A DNA stretch of 64,000 bases from Phoronis australis (taxonomy: Eukaryota > Animalia > Phoronida), in the NCBI GenBank assembly GCA_002633005.1, contig NMRA01000258.1:427971-491970 (forward strand), given 5' to 3'. Position numbers and translations under genes: made by a program. Of this stretch, positions 59,433-64,000 are shown piece by piece. Under the pieces are notes generated by a model. The model made no database searches, was not told the origin of the DNA, and saw nothing but the letters and a program-made list of their open reading frames with translations. Position 1 is the stretch's first letter. Every line of letters starts with the position of its first letter.

Positions 59433-61560
59433 TTTTTATGCGCCCTCATATTTAAATGTGGAGCATTATGCCGTCATCTCTGTCCGTCACTCCGTCCGGC
59501 ATCCGTTGCTCTATTTCCAAAACCCTTTGATGTACGTTCATAAAATTTTGCACAATGCTTCTTTCATGTATGAGACGACGATAGTTTTTACGCTTACCAC
59601 TGCATAGGCAGATTTAGGGGGGCCCAGGGGGCCCGGCCCCCCCCCCTTGGCTGCCCAAAAATATTGAGTTTATTAATTAACCCCGGTAATTAAAATGATA
59701 CGGATGAAACAAGATTTAAATGTGTGCACTTTTAGTGTGTGTTTGGGGGGGGGGNGGAACACGGCGCAATCGTAACGGAGCTATGGCTAAGTATAGGCTC
59801 TCCCGCCTTATCCCAGGCGACCGGCAGTGGCGCTGCGCACTACGACTCCGTTTCCGTCGTCTCCTCCACTGTGCTATGGAGAAAATTACTTCACTTTTTA
59901 AAGAAAATGGAAGCTGAGTGACGATGAAAAAACAGAAGCTGCTGGTAAGATGTGAATTTTAATCGAAGCCTTAGTGAATCACTCAGAAACTCATAATTCT
60001 CTCTTTGTCAAACCTTAACTTAAGACGATTTCCAAAGCAATCGTGTCATTATTGCCAACACGAAAAACGGATTTGGTTTTTTGGGCAATTGAAGACTATT
60101 TTAATTACAACAAATTTGTTACAAACCGAGTGCACAAATTATAAAACGTGTAATAAGCATTACAAAAAGAAGTAGGTTTCGCGCGCAAACGCTGTGGACC
60201 ATAAAGAAGTAGGTCTCGTTGAATCGCGGTGGTGTAGTGGTAAAGTACGCGCACGTTATCTGCCAGGTCGTTGGTTCAAATCTGTGCTACTTGCAGTTTT
60301 TACTGCTGGACACGTTCTTTTTTATTTGCCTTCTTTTCTTGGATAATACTTCAAGAATCAAGGAAAGTGCTTGATTTTTAGATGAACAAACAGAAAAATT
60401 TTCTGGGCGGAGGTGCTATGCGCATGTACAATCGTGCTTTGCGCAAATGCTTACAGACAAAATGTTGGGCCTTACCTTTGTGACATCTTAGACCCGCCAC
60501 TGACCTCTGTGTCTTCAAAGGTCCTTAACGTTTTTCATAAAATTTGGCTTAGAGGCATCTACTAGTGAAACGACAGTATCCTCCCGTTTTCGGATGGATT
60601 CGACGAAGTTTGCGTCACCTAGTGGCTGTTTTTTGCTGTTTTCGAGTCTGTTTTTGGCGTCCACCCCTCTATCAAACAAACAGCTCTAAGGATGATTGTG
60701 AAAATTGGCATGTATGTTCTTACTATGAAGATGTCGATAATTTTCCGACGACTTCGTGGCATTTTTGCGCCCATGGCTGTATGTCCTACACCCGCGTTTG
60801 CGGGATCATTGCAAAATTTAGCAAGTGTATTAATATGCTGTTGACAACGGATGACAACAACTTTCGGACGTATCTGAGTACCAGTGTGCCCCCTAGTGGC
60901 AATTTTAGTTTGTTAGGTCTACCTCTGTATCTTCAAAGGTCCTCAATGGAGAGGCACTTGATGGTGAGATCGGATGCTATCCTCTCGTTTTCGAATGGAA
61001 TCTAGCAACTTTGCGCCACCTAGTGACCATTCTTCCTGTTTTTGAGTCTGTTTTTTGGTGTCTATTCTTCGATCAATCAAATTATTCCAAGGATACGATT
61101 TTGAAAATTGGCGTATATGTTCTCAGTGTCAAGAGGACGGTTGACGATAAGAACTCAACTACTGTGGCGCCTCCTAGTGGTATTTTTGCTTTGTTTTGCG
61201 CCCATAGCTGAATGTCCTAAACACACTGCAGGATCTTTATTACATTTAGTAATTGTATTTATATGAAGCTAACAACAGACGACGACGTCTTTCAGGTGGA
61301 TCCAATGAACGCTGTGCCCCATAGTGGCAATTTCATTTTCCCGTTTTCCTTTGTTTCTCTGAAGTTCCTTGACAGATTTTGAGAAAATTTGGTAAATAGT
61401 TTTCTATTAAAAAAGCGATGACACGTTCCCGTTTTCAGATGTATGAGACGTTTTTAAGCCATCTAGTGGCTATTTTTATGAAACAAATAAACAACCCTGA
61501 GAAGCCTACCGTTTGCGGTGCATTCGTGGACGCATTTCAACGCTCCGCGTTGCTCTTTTT
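59433..61560 (+). mobile_element. HINE-like element, copy 3, interrupted by a 900-bp MITE (59603-60502)
   Basis: Same termini and core repeats as copies 1 and 2; the host sequence resumes across the insertion (tttacgctt accactg [MITE] acctctg tgtcttcaaagg). Confidence 0.8.
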
Positions 61561-64000
61561 CTAATTCACAATTACACTTTTATTCGTACCGCTACAACTC
61601 GCAGGGTATCTTCAACTTCTTGCTAACCAAAAATGTATTTCTCGAAGCATCCCAAATGACTGTCCAATTTCTGTTCAAATCTAATCTCTAGTGAAGTTTG
61701 TTGCCCCCTAGCCTAGGAACTTAAATGTAAATTGTTATGCAGAATACAGACACAACTTAGCGATTTACAGCGCGACTTGGTCTCGTGTATTTACTGGGAA
61801 TATGAGAAAGTCTGACTTCCACTTTTAGTAAACTTAGGAATTTTCAAGGAGTCTGTTGGGACATGCAATTGATAATATCCCTACGATTACAAACGTACAT
61901 CTATCGTTTCGATCTGGTCCAAAATGCCGAGCCTTTCCTTTCACAGGTCACGACTGTTCGCTTTCCGAAATCAAAAAAAAATTTGAAATGAGTTAAAACA
62001 AACTTGATCCGGTGTAACAAACAAAGAAGACTACGCACGAGCTCCTCGCCTGATTGTCTTAGGGAAACGATTTCAAAATTCGACGTGCTTTTCCAGTAAC
62101 ACACGAAATCGAAACAAAGGCGTCCCTTGAAACACACGAGCCTGCAAATATTTCCCAAATGCCTAGTCTCTGTAGGTGTGTGCCCGTCAGCTAAACCCAC
62201 GTGGCCTGATCGCCTCTGATGTCACGCCCACCGGCCCATTCCGTTATCACCAGGCGATGCCGCCTTCTGTTCGTCGATACCGCCGCTGTCGCCTTTTGCT
62301 GACCAGTTCTGATCATGAGTTTGCCGAGCATACACATAGACGAGAACCTTTGGGACTGAATGGCAGATTCCGTCGCTACAATGATGATTCACTTTAGTTT
62401 TGGGTTGAAATATTACAAAAGAATCAATTTTTGTCAAGTCAGCAGAATTGTGTTGCACCATTTTGTCATGGTTTGGTGCGTTAAAAAGGATACATTTTGA
62501 ATCAAGAATGATGTCCTTTAAGTCAGTGAAATAGGATTTGAAACACTAAAAATATGAAGACTGCAGCCGTCACGGCTAAAAGCTCCAAATTAACCAATGG
62601 ATGCCGTCTGCAACAGGGGATATTCATCTTGCTCACTATATTTAAGCTGACAGGCCACTATGAAAGCTTTACGAATTCTTGCCGCCAAGAAACTTCTGGT
62701 AACGGGTGAACTTTAAAAGTGCCGGGGTACCGACTGAGTTATAAAAACCAGTCTTAAGGCTAACGCATCAGGAAAATATTCAAAGAAAACTGTACAGTAT
62801 TTCGTATGTGAAGCCGTAGCTTAACAAGACGTGCTATTTACTGCTTCGTTTCGTTATTTTCCGGCCATAGCACCAAAGACGTTACACGACGTGTTTTTAC
62901 TGATCGAGTGGGCCTTCCCGCCTCAGCCTAGCTAGTGAGTGTGCATGATCACTGATTCTTTGCAATAAACACTCACGAAAAATTGATAGCAAATGGTGAT
63001 TGGCCTTATGATATGGCCATCTGAAATATTAAAAATCATGACATTACGACAAAGTCACATTTTCAAATGTTATTCTGCGTGAATTTGGAATCATCAAGAT
63101 CGCGTATGCGTGAACTTCGTTGGTGTAATTTTTTATCAGTGTAAAGAATTTTTTATAATTATCGGCCTCATGACCACCCATTTTCTTCTTTAGCGTAACT
63201 TGTGTAAAAGAATCGGAGAAATGTGGCCTATGTGAATGGTTAAATGAATTATTATGTGGTCAATGACTCGACGGAGAAGTTGAACAAGGATTTGGTAAAA
63301 ATTAACGTTATTTTATTAACATGTAATTTAACTTGGTGCAGTGCAAATTTTGACTTGAACGTGATGATTTCAGTGAACTTGTCAAATTTCCTCATAAATT
63401 CCAAGAGATTTCACAAGATTCCAAGTTCACCGGCGCCAGCGCTACATCACCTCAGTCATCACGGCACCGCAATCCACGTGAACATTACCGCCGCCAGAGG
63501 TCGTGAAGTTGTTTACATCATGGCGGTGGCTTCGAGTTTTGCAGCGTGAATTTGTGCAAGGTTCTTCTGCTTTTTGCACAAGCACATCTTCGTACATACG
63601 GTCACGCTGGAGCAATGTCGGAAGGTAATCTTGTGAATTTCAACTGTGCTCGGGTAAATTTGGTATTTTGTTCACGGTGATGAGTGCAAGTGCTACGAAA
63701 ATTTGGCCCGTGTTGTATCGTCCGGTTACCTATTTTCGTCAGGCTCCAAAGTTCGCCCGCCATCTTGTTTCGCGTGCAGCGCAACCACGCGGGACTTAGC
63801 GTTCCAATTTGGAGTTCTCGTCTGCACGTTAGGTACTAACTTATCGGAAGAGACACGTATCAAAGTAATGAGACAAAAATCGGTGAGTTTACCGATTGTT
63901 TTTTAAAACCACTTAAAAATCAGTAGATTTTACTAATACACTTTTTTGTGCGTTTTCAGAAGATGTTTTCGAATTTAAATTTTCTTCCGACGGGACACAA

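Noticed and set aside
60222-60295. tRNA gene (A-box gtggtgtagtggtaa, B-box ggttcaaatc)
   Set aside because: The acceptor and anticodon stems do not pair properly and it lies inside a MITE. The tRNA-like sequences at 35325 and 36445 are rejected as genes on similar structural grounds.
63727-63763. Minus-strand first exon MAGELWSLTKI with aagATGGCG context and a gtaacc donor
   Set aside because: I found no downstream in-phase exons, and it sits in repeat-like sequence with gtgaattt subrepeats.

Overview
Eukaryotic, intron-rich, AT-rich genomic DNA; the repeat types and haplotype-like duplications fit a heterozygous marine invertebrate assembly (inferred, not proven). There are no prokaryotic operons or CRISPR arrays. 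I could reconstruct two protein-coding genes on the + strand by hand from GT-AG sites with consistent splice phases. (1) A 24-exon, ~1,690-aa NKRF-like gene (13846-45636) with an SYGQ/P low-complexity N-terminus, five dsRBD-like repeats (two made by exon-block duplication), a G-patch and an R3H domain lacking its signature His. (2) A 3-exon, 473-aa SLC52-family riboflavin-transporter-like gene (56240-59385). The 3' end of the NKRF-like gene and its downstream region appear twice (45329-50558 and 50560-54424), joined at a single N. These are probably two alleles, and they differ in the stop codon. The rest is a dense, often nested set of MITEs, Helentron/HINE-like elements, tRNA-derived repeats, LINE fragments and minisatellites. 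There may also be a non-coding or 5'UTR exon chain on the - strand at the left end.
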